Part shown: in pieces, positions 37,494 to 50,566 of the stretch
Layout: each line of letters opens with the position of its first letter
How positions within the stretch are numbered: the first letter of the stretch is position 1
Assembly (NCBI GenBank): GCA_013239625.1
Contig: MU053881.1
Location: 10,778,873-10,842,872 of the forward strand
From: Lama guanicoe
Lineage: Eukaryota
DNA: 64,000 nucleotides
Direction of reading: 5' to 3'
Translations under genes and position numbers: made by a program
Notes under the pieces: generated by a model
Seen by the model: the letters and a program-made list of their open reading frames with translations, nothing else
Told to the model about the DNA's origin: nothing
Databases searched by the model: none

Positions 37494-40400
37494 GAAAGTG
37501 AAAGAAGAAATGAGCTAATGAAAAACAAAACAGAAAGCAAATATGAGAAAGAAAAAGAAACAAACAAAGTGCATGGAAAACACAGAGCTCACCTATTCAG
37601 AAGGTGAAACATCTATTCTTCCACCTGCTTAGCAGGTAAGATAATAACAAGAGAGTTCTAAAGAAATAAACACTTTTTCCAGAGGCAACCATAGCACCAT
37701 CAAAATGGAGATCAGGACGTTGAAACTGCTGTGTTTTCAATGTTCTTGTGAATTCAGGGCATGAACTATGAAGTCAGACAAGAAAAATATCTATTGGCAT
37801 TCATGGCAAAATGCTAACAAAACCAACTTCTTATTCTCTTTTTTATATCAAGTGGTATTAACAAATAAACCTAAAACTTGTTTGTAAAGATTAACGAGCA
37901 TATTCCTTCAGACACAACCATCTCTGTCGAAGTTCAAATAGTGCAACCGTGCTTAACAACACACTATTCACAGAAATGACAAAATTGTTGTTTCAACAGT
38001 ATTTATCACACAAGACTCCTTGGAGACCTGATGATAATGGGATTTTGAATGTTGACTACGGGGAATGCTGCTTAGTCCATTTCAAATCACTGTTTCAACA
38101 AGTCATCTTATTCCACCAGGAGTTTAGCTTATACAACAGTTAATTGGTGACACAGAGGTTCACCTTCCTTCCATTAGTCAAGGAGAAACTAGAGTCCTGC
38201 ATGCTCCATCCGTACGCGTCTAGGGATTAGGGCAGAATGAAATGGAATGTGACTCAAACTGAGGGTCTTAGAAGTTTGAGAGATACCTGATTAGTTTTTC
38301 AAACAGGATGTACTTCGGGTGCAGACGCAAGAAGAAAACATAAGTCCGTGTAGCTCAAAAGTACTGAGCACATCCCTTGTAGAGCTAGTTCATAACACTG
38401 TGAAGATTTCTCATTCGGGGTCACTCGGGTTCAGTCTCCCCTTTCATCTCCCCCGTTTTCTTTTGGGGGGAATTACCTCTTCATCCCAGTGTGTGGGCTT
38501 GCTGGGAAGGTGCCATCTCTTGCAAGCTTCCCAGATTGGAAGATGAAAGGACTGAGTTGTAATTCAGACCCTTTAATCCTCTCCTGTCTGAGATCTAGGG
38601 GGCCGGTTTATGATGTATACACTGTTAATCTCTCAGGTGCTATAGAGCAAAGGGGAGGTGATAAAGCAGGTCACTCAGCAGTAAGCCCTCCATCCAATGC
38701 CTTGACCGCGTTGTTTCAGTCACAAGATCATCACTAGGCTTGCTGGTTCTTAACTTCTTCTGATTTCCAAGGTTGGTCCCTCGGCTTCCTACTGGTTGTC
38801 GGAGCCTCCGTAATACTTCCAATAAATTCGTTTTACTTTGATGCAGATACCATCAGTGAATTCACATTGAAATGAGCAAAACAGAAAACATTAGAAATGA
38901 CATCACAGCCATGTGAATAACCTCTAACATTAGCACGTTGAGTTAGATTTGGATTTTGTTCACTTTACAAAATAAACAATTCATTCTTCAATAGTATAAT
39001 CATAGACTTTTATAAATAAAAATGACCCTTAAAACTTCCTACTCTGTTCTTTCATGTGTGGTTCCCATGGCTCTGATGAACAATGGCAGTGATGTAAGTC
39101 TAAGAATGTGAAGTATCTTAAAAAAAAAAAGTCACAAACTCTGTGTTTGGAAGGAGGAATAAAAATTCAATTATATTTATTTCTATACCTTAGGAAGGAT
39201 ACATTCAAAAGAGAGACAATCAATGCTTTTCTTATTCTGTTAAAAGTTTTGATGTGTTTTATACAACTGGAGCAGTGCAAGAGATTCTTTTACTTCAGGA
39301 TCCTAATTCATGAAAGCAGGTATATAGAAACAACCTGGGTTAAACATTTAATTTTTAAAAATATTTTCAATCCATTAACAGTATTTACTGAGCAACTGCC
39401 ATGGGATTGACTCTGATAGACAAAAAAGCAAGCAACAAAGGAACAGTCAATGCTCCATATATCTTATTACCCAATGGAACACGTGGGGGATTGAGGTGTC
39501 TTATTCACTAGTTCTGCAGAGCATCACTATTAAGACTGTAAGTGCTGAGAACAGAATGAACTACAGCAAAAACCTATGTATTTCATGGGCCATGCAGAAC
39601 CTCCTGCATAACATGGTAGAAACCGAAATAGACCAGCAGGTTTAAACTACATGAAAGTAGAGTTGCAGCTTGAGAAAACAAGTGTGTACAATAAGAAGTC
39701 TTCCAGCAGAAAACAAAGCAAGCAGATGATACCCATCTCACACCACCAAGCCCTTCAGCACTGCTACTTGTCTTTTACAGTTGCCTTTATATCCTAGCCA
39801 GATGAACTCTACAGATCTGTCACCAGGGGTCTTGAAGTCTACAGCTTTTTGGTAAGTGGACACGTATTTCAAATCAGAATGAGTTGGTTCAAAAACTGTT
39901 TAAAGAGAATACTGAGTGTGTTCCCATTATGGTTTTGGAAAACACTTGGTGCTGATGGGGTTGAAGACCACAGCCTGGCAAGTAGCAGTGTGAGAGCTGA
40001 TGATAGTGCCCAGAAGCTTAGGAGAAGGATCAGCATTTTCATAAAAATGGCTCTGAATCTTCCTTGTCAACCTCTACCAAACTGAGAACATATCTCGTTC
40101 TGTCTTTCTTTCTCCCTTTCTCTCTCTCTGTGAAAAAAACTCTTCTGTACTCTTGCCTAATTGAAACACTGGACAGAAAATATGGCATCTGCTTAAAAAT
40201 GCACATAGAGACTCAGGAATATATTGGAAGGAGAAAAGCTTCCACGAAGCTAAGCAAGAGGGTGCATCTGTGATTGGAGGAGTCAGACAGATGCACCTGA
40301 TGCTCAACCAACTTCTGAGGAGCCTTGGAAAAAGCAACATACTTTCTTTTTCATTGGGAATGAATCATAACCATTCTCTGCTTATGGTGCTGGAACACAG

Positions 40401-40720
40401 TTTCCCATTTTTATTACAAAGATGCACTATCTGTCAAGAAAATGAAACAATCTCCATGCACTTAAAGAAAACAAGTGGAAAAGAAATAGGCATTAATTGA
40501 CACTTCTTAACAAGTTCCTCCACATCTCGATTTTAATTTTTTTCATCATCACCTCTTCTGAATGAGTCTTTTTCTTCTCTGTTCTTTCCGAGTTATTGCT
40601 TGAATTAATGCTGTTCTTTTACATTGATGAAAGCAAATGTAAATGAAGGCACAAATAGAAAAGCATCATTTTCTTTGGATACTGGCATTCAGGTATCTTA
40701 GGTCATGATCCCCAGAATTA

Positions 40721-40867
40721 TTTATTATTGTATTATTTAATTATTTTATTTTGGCAGAGGTGGGGATAATGAGGATTATTTATTTTTAGAGGAGGTGCTG
40801 GGGATTGAACCCAGGACCTTCTGCATGCTAAGCATGTGCTCTACCACTTGAACTATACCCTCCGCCT
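40721..40867 (-). mobile_element. tRNA-derived SINE (camelid Vic-1-like) with exact 18-bp TSD
   Basis: ggggattgaacccaggaccttctgcatgctaagcatgtgctctaccacttgaactataccc. TSD tcatgatccccagaatta at 40703-40720 and 40868-40885. Confidence 0.95.
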
Positions 40868-41859
40868 TCATGATCCCCAGAATTAAACAAAGAGAGGTAT
40901 AACAATTATTTTTCTTAAGGAATTGGAAAATATAGTACAGAAATCATGGTCCTCTATTATTCCTACCAGTGCACTTCAAGGTGCACGGCTCTATTTCTTG
41001 AAATTAGCTTTTGAACAATCTTGGTCAGCTCCATCGTTATCTTTAATGTCCTCTTCAAATCCTACCTATACCTGGTTCTTGAACTTGGCTTAAATCTCCT
41101 TGATTTTGACTCCCCTATTTTTCCACTTGTAATTCACACCCTGGCTCATTCCTAGTCTGAACGCGTTGAGAAGCAGCTCACCCGATGGAAGCCCTGGCAC
41201 TCGGGACCCTTCCCCATCCAGCCTGCTGGGTTGGTTTACATCACATCCCCACCTGACGCCCCCTGCCCATCTAGCCAAATGTATGATGGGACAATAAGCA
41301 ATTCAATATTTTAAAATGTGTTCCATATTCTGAATACCAGGAAGGTGAACAAATTCAGTGGGGACAATCATAGGAAATTCAAAGTAGATTCTTGTTGGCA
41401 TAATGTTTGCTTTAATATTTTAGATTTCCATATATTTGAAATTGTGATAAGGAGGATAGTCTGAATCTAGATGAATAAAATGAAAATAGAAGTCATTCAT
41501 CTAATAGATTATAATTATTAGCATACTCTTTGTAGAATGTATTCATTTAATTAACCATTTGATCAGCATAGTTGGTTCTAAGTAATTCTTACTATGAGAA
41601 TAGTATTACTTTGTGATAATGATCACAGTTCCCTGCAGTATTTTTGACTTATGGTAGCAGTAATGTTGCAAAGAGTTGATTATTTACTACTTTATAGTAA
41701 GAGTAGAGTTCTTTACCATGGTCTATTTACAGATCTGACCATATTTTTGTTTTGACATTCTTCTCCTTCTGTGCTTTGATACAAAATCTTTGATTGAATG
41801 AAATAATTTAGACTTTTGGGAAACATTGTGCTTTTTCACTTACCATTTATCAGCAAAAA

Positions 41860-42200
41860 CCCCCCTCTTCTCCTTTCATGATCCTGATGAATTATTATTA
41901 AATCACCTCTCAAGACATTTCAGCCATCATTGTCTTTGGAAGCCTCCCTTGACCAAGCCCCCAACCAGAACCCCTAGTATGATTACTTTCCTCTTTCTGT
42001 CCTTAAAGTATGTCCCATATATTCTCCTATCACTCACAGAATGTATGGCACCAAAGTGTAGGTACAGTTTTTTTTCTCTATCACCTCCTATTTGATGCCA
42101 GCCAAATTTAAATTTCTGGATCTTACTTATTTCTTTCAATATTGTCAAATCCAGCACAATATCTGACACACAAGAGGCACTCAATAAATGTTAAATTGAT
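41860..42200 (+). mobile_element. L2 3' end
   Basis: ggaagcctcccttgacc..ccagcacaatatctgacacacaagaggcactcaataaatgtt. Confidence 0.7.
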
Positions 42201-42341
42201 GTATGAGGCTTTTGAAGTTATTTATAGTGATATTTAGGATTTGCTTATGATTCTTTACTTTTCAATGCATTACATCTTATGTGGTTATTAATGTTTCAAC
42301 AAATTTTTAAAAATAATTCATATGAAGATTGACAGGATGAC

Positions 42342-42866
42342 ATGGTGGTTTTTAAAATACATCTACAAATCATGTGATGTTACTCCTTCTAAGAAGTGGA
42401 GTTTAATACCTCTCCCCTTGAACGTGAGCTGGACTTAATTAATGACTTGCTTCAACAGATGATGAAATGGTAACATGTAACTTCTAAGATTAGGTCACGT
42501 AGGCATTGTGGCTTCCTTCTTGGCTCTGTCTTGGATCACCTGTTCTGAGGGGAGCTACCTGCCATGATGTGACAACACTCGGCAGTCTATGGAGAGATCC
42601 GTGTAGCATGGAACTTCGGCCTCCTGCCGACAGCCATGAGAATGAACCACCTTGGAAGCGAGTGTTCTAGCCCCAGTCCAACCGTCAGATAAGAGCAGGT
42701 CCTGCTGACATCCTGACTGCAAATTCATGAGAGACCCTGATCTAGAACCACACAGATAAGTCACTCCTGATTTTTCATCCCCTGAAACTGTAAGGTAATA
42801 TAAGTATGGGCCACTAAACTTGGGCTAAAACAACACATTTTTTTTGTAGCAATAAAGAATTAATAA
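42342..42866 (+). mobile_element. MaLR solo LTR, MLT1F-like
   Basis: tggtggtttttaaaatacatctacaaa..agaagtggagtttaat..ctccccttgaa..tgacttgctt..ctagccccagtcca..actgcaaattcatgagagaccctga. Possible TSD atgac/atgac. Confidence 0.85.
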
Positions 42867-43377
42867 ATGACCTTTAAATAATACTTAACTAGTATACTGT
42901 ATACCTCATTAGTCTTTTTTTTTTCCAGTAATGGCTAAATATTGTTGTAAGTAGAAGGACACAAGAAGAGTTATGAGATCATACACTTATATAAAGGGAG
43001 AAAAGTTTGAGTCCAGAGGCTTTTTATTATTTAAAGGGCAATAATAGTATCAAACATTAGAGCGGATTACCTGAAGGTTTTTGCTGCTTCTCCCTATGCT
43101 TCTTAAAATAAGAGAAGGAATTTTGCCTGTATATGACCTTCAGTAAAAGTTCCAAAGATCTTAATGCTATATAACATCAAAATTAACTATTTCTATAACT
43201 TGATATATGAGTTACAGTTCTGTCATGTCTGTCATGTTGTAAATGATGAATGAATATTTAATTTCACATCACTGAAACTCAACAAATAAAGTGAAACATG
43301 TAGTTTTTTTTTAACCTACGTGGTAAAAATAAATATGGTGAAATGAATGGACTTGTTAAATACCCACATAAATTTGG

Positions 43378-43805
43378 AATGTGGTCCACAATCCTGGCTG
43401 CATGTTAGAATTACTTGGGGAAATTTAAATAAGAATGATGAATGGACCTCACTCTTACAGAATCTGATTCATTAGGTTAGGGAGAAGCTTGGGTATTTGG
43501 ATCTTAGAAATTTCCCAAGATGATTCAAATGTGCAGCTCTTTTTGAAAGCCAGTGATTCAGAATAGCCTCATTAATACCTATTTACAGCTCTGAAATGGC
43601 TTACCAAATTACACACCACTAGTTCAAGAATGTTAGGGTACATGAGAATCACTTGCAGAATCTGTGAGATATACAGCATTTTGAGCCATGCCTCTAAGAG
43701 GTGTCAATCCATTAGATCTGGAATTGGGTCAAAAATACTGTAATTAAGAAACATCTCAGAGGATTTTTTGATGCATGTGGGACATAAAATCTGAAACAAT
43801 GACCT
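43378..43805. mobile_element. Two adjacent MER5-like hAT-Charlie MITEs (~43378-43560, ~43618-43805)
   Basis: cctggctgcatgttagaattacttgggga..cccaagatgattcaaatgtgcagc, and gtacatgagaatcacttgcagaatct..attagatctggaattgggtc..tgatgcatgtgg. Confidence 0.65.
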
Positions 43806-43819
43806 ATATACAAAAGAGA

Positions 43820-46290
43820 CCATTAAGCTCATCAGAGACCACTTAAAACTCAACAATTAACAGAAAGAAAAAAAACCCTCCAACTTAAAAATGGGCAAAA
43901 TATCTGTATAGACACCTCACCAAAAAAGATACACAGAAGGCAAATAAACATTACTCAACATTAGAGAAATGCAACTTAAAACAGTGATAAATACTACTAT
44001 AAATTTACCAGAAATTGCTAAAATTAAAAACATTGGTAATAACAAGTGCTGACAATAGCAACTAACAAAAAAGCTGGTAGTAACAAAAGCAACATGAACA
44101 CTCATTTGTTACTGAAGAGAATGAAAAATGATGCAGCCACTTTCCAAGATAGTTTGGCTCATTCTTACAAAGCAAAACACAGACTTAACACAGAACCCAG
44201 TAATTGCCACCCTAGATTTTAACCCAAATGATTTGAAAATGTGTGTCCATACAAAAACCCTTGCCACTTTACTCATAACCACAAAAAACTGGAAACAACC
44301 AAGATGTCCTTTGATAGTATGTGATGTGTCCATACTTGGCAGTAGTCAAAAGGAATAAGCTATTAATTCACACAAAAACATGAATGAATCTGAAATGCAA
44401 ATTGCTAAGTAAAGGAAGCCAGTGTGAGAGAGCTTGGAGGAGTAAGACAGATGCAGTATGGGTCCATGTGTATGGCATTCTGGAAAAGACAAAACTAGAG
44501 AGACTGCAAACAGATGATTTGTTGATAGGAGTCTGGAGGAGCATTAAATGCAAGGAGCACAGGAGATATTTCGATATTTCAGAACTGTGAGACGCATTGG
44601 TACAGTACTCTAATTGAGGACCCATGACACTAACCACTTGCCATAACCCAAAGAACTCTACCAAACTAAGTTTAACATATGCAAAAAATAAAAAAATTAA
44701 AATCATTTAGAATAGAGACAGAGATCACAAGATGGAATGCAGACTGTGACAAAGGAATTTAACGGTATTACAAATATATGACATAATCTTACTGATGGGA
44801 ACGAAGTAGGGAAAAGCTGTGCTGACCCAAGAAGCTTTGGAAATGAATGAATACAGGTGGACTAGAGACAGAAAGGAGCTGTCTGTAAGCGGTATACTCT
44901 AGTCGGTAGCTATTTTTCATGGGAGTGTGGGTTAATAATTCTGAAACTGCTGTAAATGTGTACCAGAGTTGAATAAATATGTAAATGGATGTCAGCTGGA
45001 GGGAGCTAGACTCTCACTGTGGGAGTGTTTGGAAGTTACAGACAAGGCAAGGGGGGAAGGCTAGACTGAACCAAGGTGAACCATACGATAGTGGTTTGGA
45101 ATAAGAGACATCACTATAAACTCAGATTTAGCTTAACAAAGATAATGATATACGTACATATATGTCCCAGCTTTTTCCACTGAGAAGCTCTGGACGCAAG
45201 GATATCCCAGTAGCAATGAGTTCATCCAGTGTCCAGCTCTTTGTATCTAATACCATCCTCCAATAAAAAAGGAACCTGAGATTCTTTAAGAAATGGTTAA
45301 TTCTGGAGCTGGGACAAGGAACATACAATGTTACTCTGGCATGTCTATTAGTGCCAGAAAGTAACTAAATGACAAAACAAACAAAAACCAAATATAAGGG
45401 TATGCCAAAGGGACACAAAGGCCAACTGAAATAATACCAAATGGCAAAGTTACAACAAAATTAGTAATATAGTATGGGATTATAACCCAAAATATAGAGT
45501 AAATACCCATGAATCCGTATTGATACAAACAAAAACACTCAATCAATCAATCAGTCCACAGCGGGGAGTGACATATTTCCAGTGCGGAAGAATTCCAGAC
45601 AGTTTACGCAGATACTCCTCACTCAAGAAAGTGGAATATAAATCTTCACCCCTTGACTGTGGGCTGCACCTAGTAATTTGCTTCCAAAGAGCACAGTATA
45701 GAATAAGCAAAGTACAAAAGGAACTTGACTCTGGAGAAGCCCTGCAAAGACGACAGCAGCCAGGTGGACAAGGTTAGCATCACCAGTATTAAGTCATGTT
45801 AACAAGACATATCCTATACTATGCACGGAGTGCTGTGCTGAGAGCAGAACTCTACTTCTCTGGTCATCCTCCTAAAAAACCATAATCCCAGTCTAACCAC
45901 AGGAAAAACATCAGCTAAGCTCAAACTGAGGGACGTTCTGGGAAATACCTGATGAGTGCTCTTTACAACTGTCAAGATGATCAAAACATGAGAAAAGCAT
46001 GAAGAACTAGGCCACTTGGAAGAGTCTAAGGAAACACAATGACTAAATGGAGTACCCTGGATGGGGTCCTCGCACAGACAAGGGCCAGTATGGAAAAAGG
46101 AAACCCTGAATAATATATGGAGTTTGGTTAACATCACTGGATCAATATTTGTCCACTGATTAGAACAAATGAACCCTTGTGCTATATTAACAATAAGAGA
46201 CATTACATTCAGGATGTATAGGAATTCTCTGCACCATCTTTGCAACTTTTCTATAAATCTAAAACTCGCCTAAAATAAAAATTTTGTTTA
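43820..46290 (+). mobile_element. L1MD-like 3' end (~2.5 kb)
   Basis: aaaaatgggcaaaatatctgtatagacacctcaccaaaaaagata..aaactggaaacaaccaagatgtcc..gatggaatgcagactgtgacaaa..tataggaattctctgcaccatctttgcaacttttctataaatctaaaact..aaataaaa. Confidence 0.88.
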
Positions 46291-47899
46291 GAAGAGATCG
46301 GCCCAATTCCCCTTGCCCGTGGCATGCGGCAAAGCACTGTCCCAGTAAATTACAGTAGAGGCAGTAGCCTTAATTAAGCTCTCTCCCCAGACTTGAGGGC
46401 TGACCTTGGCCTAACGTTTTATTGAAAAGCAATGAGTGAGTTTGCTCACTGTGGCAGCCGTTTGTCAAGTTCACACCGCTCTAACAGAAATCTATTAAAG
46501 ATAAAAAGAAGCTTAAACAGCCTATATTACTACTTCTTGCTTTTGTTTATACACAGTGAAGAGTATTCAGAATGGACCTCACCTCAAGCTTGCACTAATC
46601 CTTAAATAATTACAATTCATCTATTCGATGCTGGAAACACCTCCTGGAATGTGACTCTGTTCTGCTGGCTTGTCTAATCCCGTTCAATTACTTCAGTTCC
46701 CTCTCCCAGAGGCTTCGCGCTCAGAAACTGAGCTCTGTGTGGAAAGCAGAACTTGGGAGGGGGTGATTTAGTTTCAGGAGAAATGAGCTGAACATTAAAA
46801 AAAAAAAATTTTTTTTTTTTAGTGCTTTTCCAAATATCAGTCCATCAATAAACATGAGAAATAGCTTGTAATTCACATTGCTTCCAGCAACTCCGTTGTG
46901 ATAAGCGCAGATTGGTCTGGCTGAAGAAATGCTAGAGATGAGACTAGTTCACTGGCTTGGACCAATTCGAAATGGATGGAAATCACAAACGTCCCTGAAG
47001 CTGGAAAAGATGAAGCCCTGAAGCTGGCAGCAACTTGTCATCTGCATGCAGAAAGCGGCAGAGATATTACAGATTTCCGGTACAAAGGGAAATCCTTCAG
47101 TTACCTGTAAAGCATTCCTTGTCAATTAGGGCCTTCAGAGAAAGGCTGCAGCAACTAAGGGATGCCTCCTTCCTTTCCTTGCCAAGAACAGCCACCTGCC
47201 CGGAATTAAAACTCTGATTCAAAAAGTGAATAAAATATCAGAGTTCAGTGATTGCTCAACAGAAAATCCATAAAAGAAAGTGCAATTCGAAAGAGCAGGG
47301 AGGCAAAGCACATGCTGTATCACGTGTAAGGATGGGTTTCAGGCTGTGTGATCTCCTCACGATGAAAAGACCAAGGCCTTAATTAATCACCAACTTTCTT
47401 TGCCAGCAGTCAATGATATAATGAAATAAGAGAGTATTGTCACTGTCTCTCATGCCCAATTCCTGAACCTTTGTTACACTACTTTCAGTGAATCATGTCT
47501 TTTATCTCAAAATCATCTTCATCACTTTCCTAAGCTGCCTACAAATTTACAATTGAAGAATGAATAATGAAACGTGGGGATGCACGAGAGATGAATTTAG
47601 ACAGTAATCTGTAAATGGAAATTTGTGTCTTTGTCCAGGTTCCTGCCTATAGTGGAAGTGGAGGAAAATTCACTCCTCAGAGTTAAAAATGTATTTTGAT
47701 GCTGTTATCTTCTGGGTAATTGGCAAACTTTCATGGATGCTTTTAAAAGCAGCTAAACATTCCAAAATAAATGCTGCTGTATTGAAAGACACCATGAACA
47801 TTTTCAATTCAGGACGCTAAATTCTCTTCCCTGACGCTGAGGTACGACAGTAGATAGATTATCGGGAAGGGGAAACAGCAGAGCACAAATTAAAGAGTT

Positions 47900-48090
47900 G
47901 TTTCCAAAAGCAGAGAGACAGGTTGCTGTCTCACTGCATATCTGAGGCTCTAAATGCGTAAGTTCTCTTAGCCTCAGCTACCTGCAAAATGGTGACAACA
48001 GTGATACTCAATATAGCGTGAGGATTAAATAAATAATGTGTATTAAGTGTTCACCTGCAGAACCTATTACATACAAAGTACCCAATCTTA
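47900..48090 (+). mobile_element. MIR fragment
   Basis: ctcttagcctcagctacctgcaaaatgg..gtgaggattaaataaataatgtgtattaagtg. Confidence 0.65.
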
Positions 48091-48631
48091 TATTCTGGAA
48101 GAAAACTATGCTTCTACCACGGCGAATGTCTCAAATAAGTAAGACACTAAGCACCACACAAACCCCCAAATAAACTTAAAAACTAGTGGGTAACACAAAC
48201 AGAAAGAAAATGTAATTCATTAATTTATTATTTCATTTATTCTGAAAATGTTTACTCAGGCCCTCTACGTACACAGCACTTTGTGATGCTGAGGAGAATG
48301 TAGCAATAAAAAAAAAAAGACACGATCACTGTACCCAAGGAAATTACATTATGGAGTAATATGCTATGGTATTAAACCAAATGTCCTAAAACTTCAAAAT
48401 ATTCTTGTAAATAGACTATTTATGTCATTACTGTTCTTTTGATCTTTCCCAGCAACTATCTGAGATAGTATTTAGAGAACCCAATTTTTACTGTGCACTT
48501 CAACCAAGTTGGTTTTACTGTCACACACTAAGGGATGAGGAAGTTTGATTAAGAGTTTTCAGAGATGACAAGGTTTTGAATCAGTTTTCTTACAGAGATA
48601 TCTTGCATTTTATATATATCTTTTATCACTC

Positions 48632-48865
48632 CAAGTGGTTCTCAAGAAAACCTCAGTCCTTCTGAAATGCAGCCACTTAAAGGGGTGAAATTAGTAGCAC
48701 GTTAGGGTACTGCGGAGATGTTTTCACTAAATTTCCAGGCGGACTTCTATTTATAGAGAGATTCCAAATTGCACAAGCTCTCAAAAGATCACATTTGAAC
48801 CCTGACAGGGAATCCACTAAAGACTAAAGCATCTTTCCAAGGAGTCTAAGTTGCTGAACCACAAA
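48632..48865. mobile_element. Possible hAT-Charlie MITE
   Basis: Starts caagtggttctcaa and ends gttgctgaaccac, resembling Charlie-type TIRs ~230 bp apart. Confidence 0.4.
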
Positions 48866-49379
48866 TGGACTAAAGCATTACAAAACAAGTTCTGTAAGGA
48901 GGAAGAGCCTTGCCCTTCAGTTTGTGAGTATCTTCTTTTAGTAGACAAAACAAGCACTGACATTAATGTTCAATCACCAGTTCTTCAATGATAAGGACTA
49001 AAATAAAATCCTCAGTAAAATACACCAACATAAATTTCAGCCCTCTGAGTTTATGTAGCAGTTAACAGAATAAAATTTAATTTTTTCTTCTATTGGAATT
49101 GCTCCTTCATGGTGCCAAAAATAAATAGATGCTGTATTATTAATTAGTAAATCTGTTATAAAGTTTATAACTTCTCTTGATATGAGTTCAGCTCAAGTAA
49201 AGCATTCAACTCCTGGCCAGTGTGTGCTAATACTGGAATGTTGTATGTTATGAGTTAAGGCATCATAATAGTTCCTCTTTATTTGGGGGTAAGAGTTAAG
49301 AGACATAGAATTGTTTCACATTATACTCATGTATAGATAGAAAGATCTGCTCAGGGAAAGGACTAACAATTAGTTTCAT

Positions 49380-50200
49380 AGATATTAAAAACAAAACAAA
49401 CATTGATGAATAGTAATCACTTAAGATGAACACAATTCCTAGATAAAAACTAGAAATAGAACAACTATATTAAAGTTGATAAAGGATATCTACCACAAAG
49501 CTACCAAGATCTTACACAATAATAATTTATATTTATCATATAATTTATAGTAATGTATTGTAATTTATAATAATGGATGCTCCTCCTTGAAATTTAATAA
49601 GACAAAGATAACACTATCTCTGTTTGTATTCAACACTGGTCTGGAATAAAGCATGAAAAGTAAAATGAGTAAAAGGATTGAAGTAAAGAAAAAAAATCTT
49701 CATTATTTTACAGGTAATAATGCATGATTACTTCTACTGATATCCAGAGGAAATTTCACATAAAACATTAAAAGTAACATGAATTTTCATTGAGAAATCT
49801 AGATTAGATATATATTCAGTATTTTGAAAAGCCAATACAACTCTTTCTCAGCACCAATGATTAGAAATACTTTTCTAATGATGAATCCACCGAACAACAA
49901 TGTACTTAGAGAATAAATGAAACAAAAATGTGCAGTTAGATAAATGGAAATATTATCCATTTTCTTGTCTTGGTATGGCTAAAAATCACACAGATAATCC
50001 ATTTTTACATATCAGTCTACTAAATTCAAGCAGTACCACTAGAACCCTCCTCAGAACTTTTCCACAGTGTCCCAAAGTTTCCTAAAAATAGTGTAACATG
50101 GAAGCACTCAAAAGTAACACAGCAAATTTTGAAGAATAAAGTGTGTGGTTTACATGACAGATATAAAGGCTTCCTAGATAGGGCTTCTGGTATAGTTCTA
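49380..50200 (+). mobile_element. Highly decayed L1 ORF2 fragment (L1ME-like)
   Basis: gttgataaaggatatctacc..ataagacaaagataacactatc..tattcaacactggtctggaa..cattatttacagg..atgatt. Confidence 0.6.
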
Positions 50201-50395
50201 AGGTTAGGGTAAAAAATATGTACTAATTTGGACTATAAGTTTCTCACATATTTACAGGCAAAGTATTAGATGTCTGTGTATTTTAGAAGTAACCATTTCA
50301 GAAGGAAGGAAGGGAAGGAGGGGCTATGAATACACAGAATTATTTTTTATCATTCAATTCTAATCTGAATGGCATCTCTCCTTTGTAGCATTCCT

Positions 50396-50566
50396 ACACA
50401 TTCAGCCCCCTGGATGGAAGTTGGTTAAATCCAAGAATGCAGACCCGGGGGATACAGAGGGTCACCCGAACTGTGCCATTTTATGTAAGTAACTAGAGCA
50501 TCCTGGATTTTGGTAGCCACCGGAGGTCCTGGAACCAGTCACCCAGGATACCAAGGAAGGACTATA
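50396..50566. mobile_element. MER2(B)-like TcMar-Tigger MITE
   Basis: ggttaaatccaagaatgcagaccc..ggatacagagggtc..gccattttatgtaag..gagcatcctggattttggta..ggtcctggaaccagtc..ggataccaagg..actata. Confidence 0.8.

Noticed and set aside
45814..46245. 143-aa minus-strand ORF
   Set aside because: Lies wholly antisense to the L1MD-like 3'UTR.
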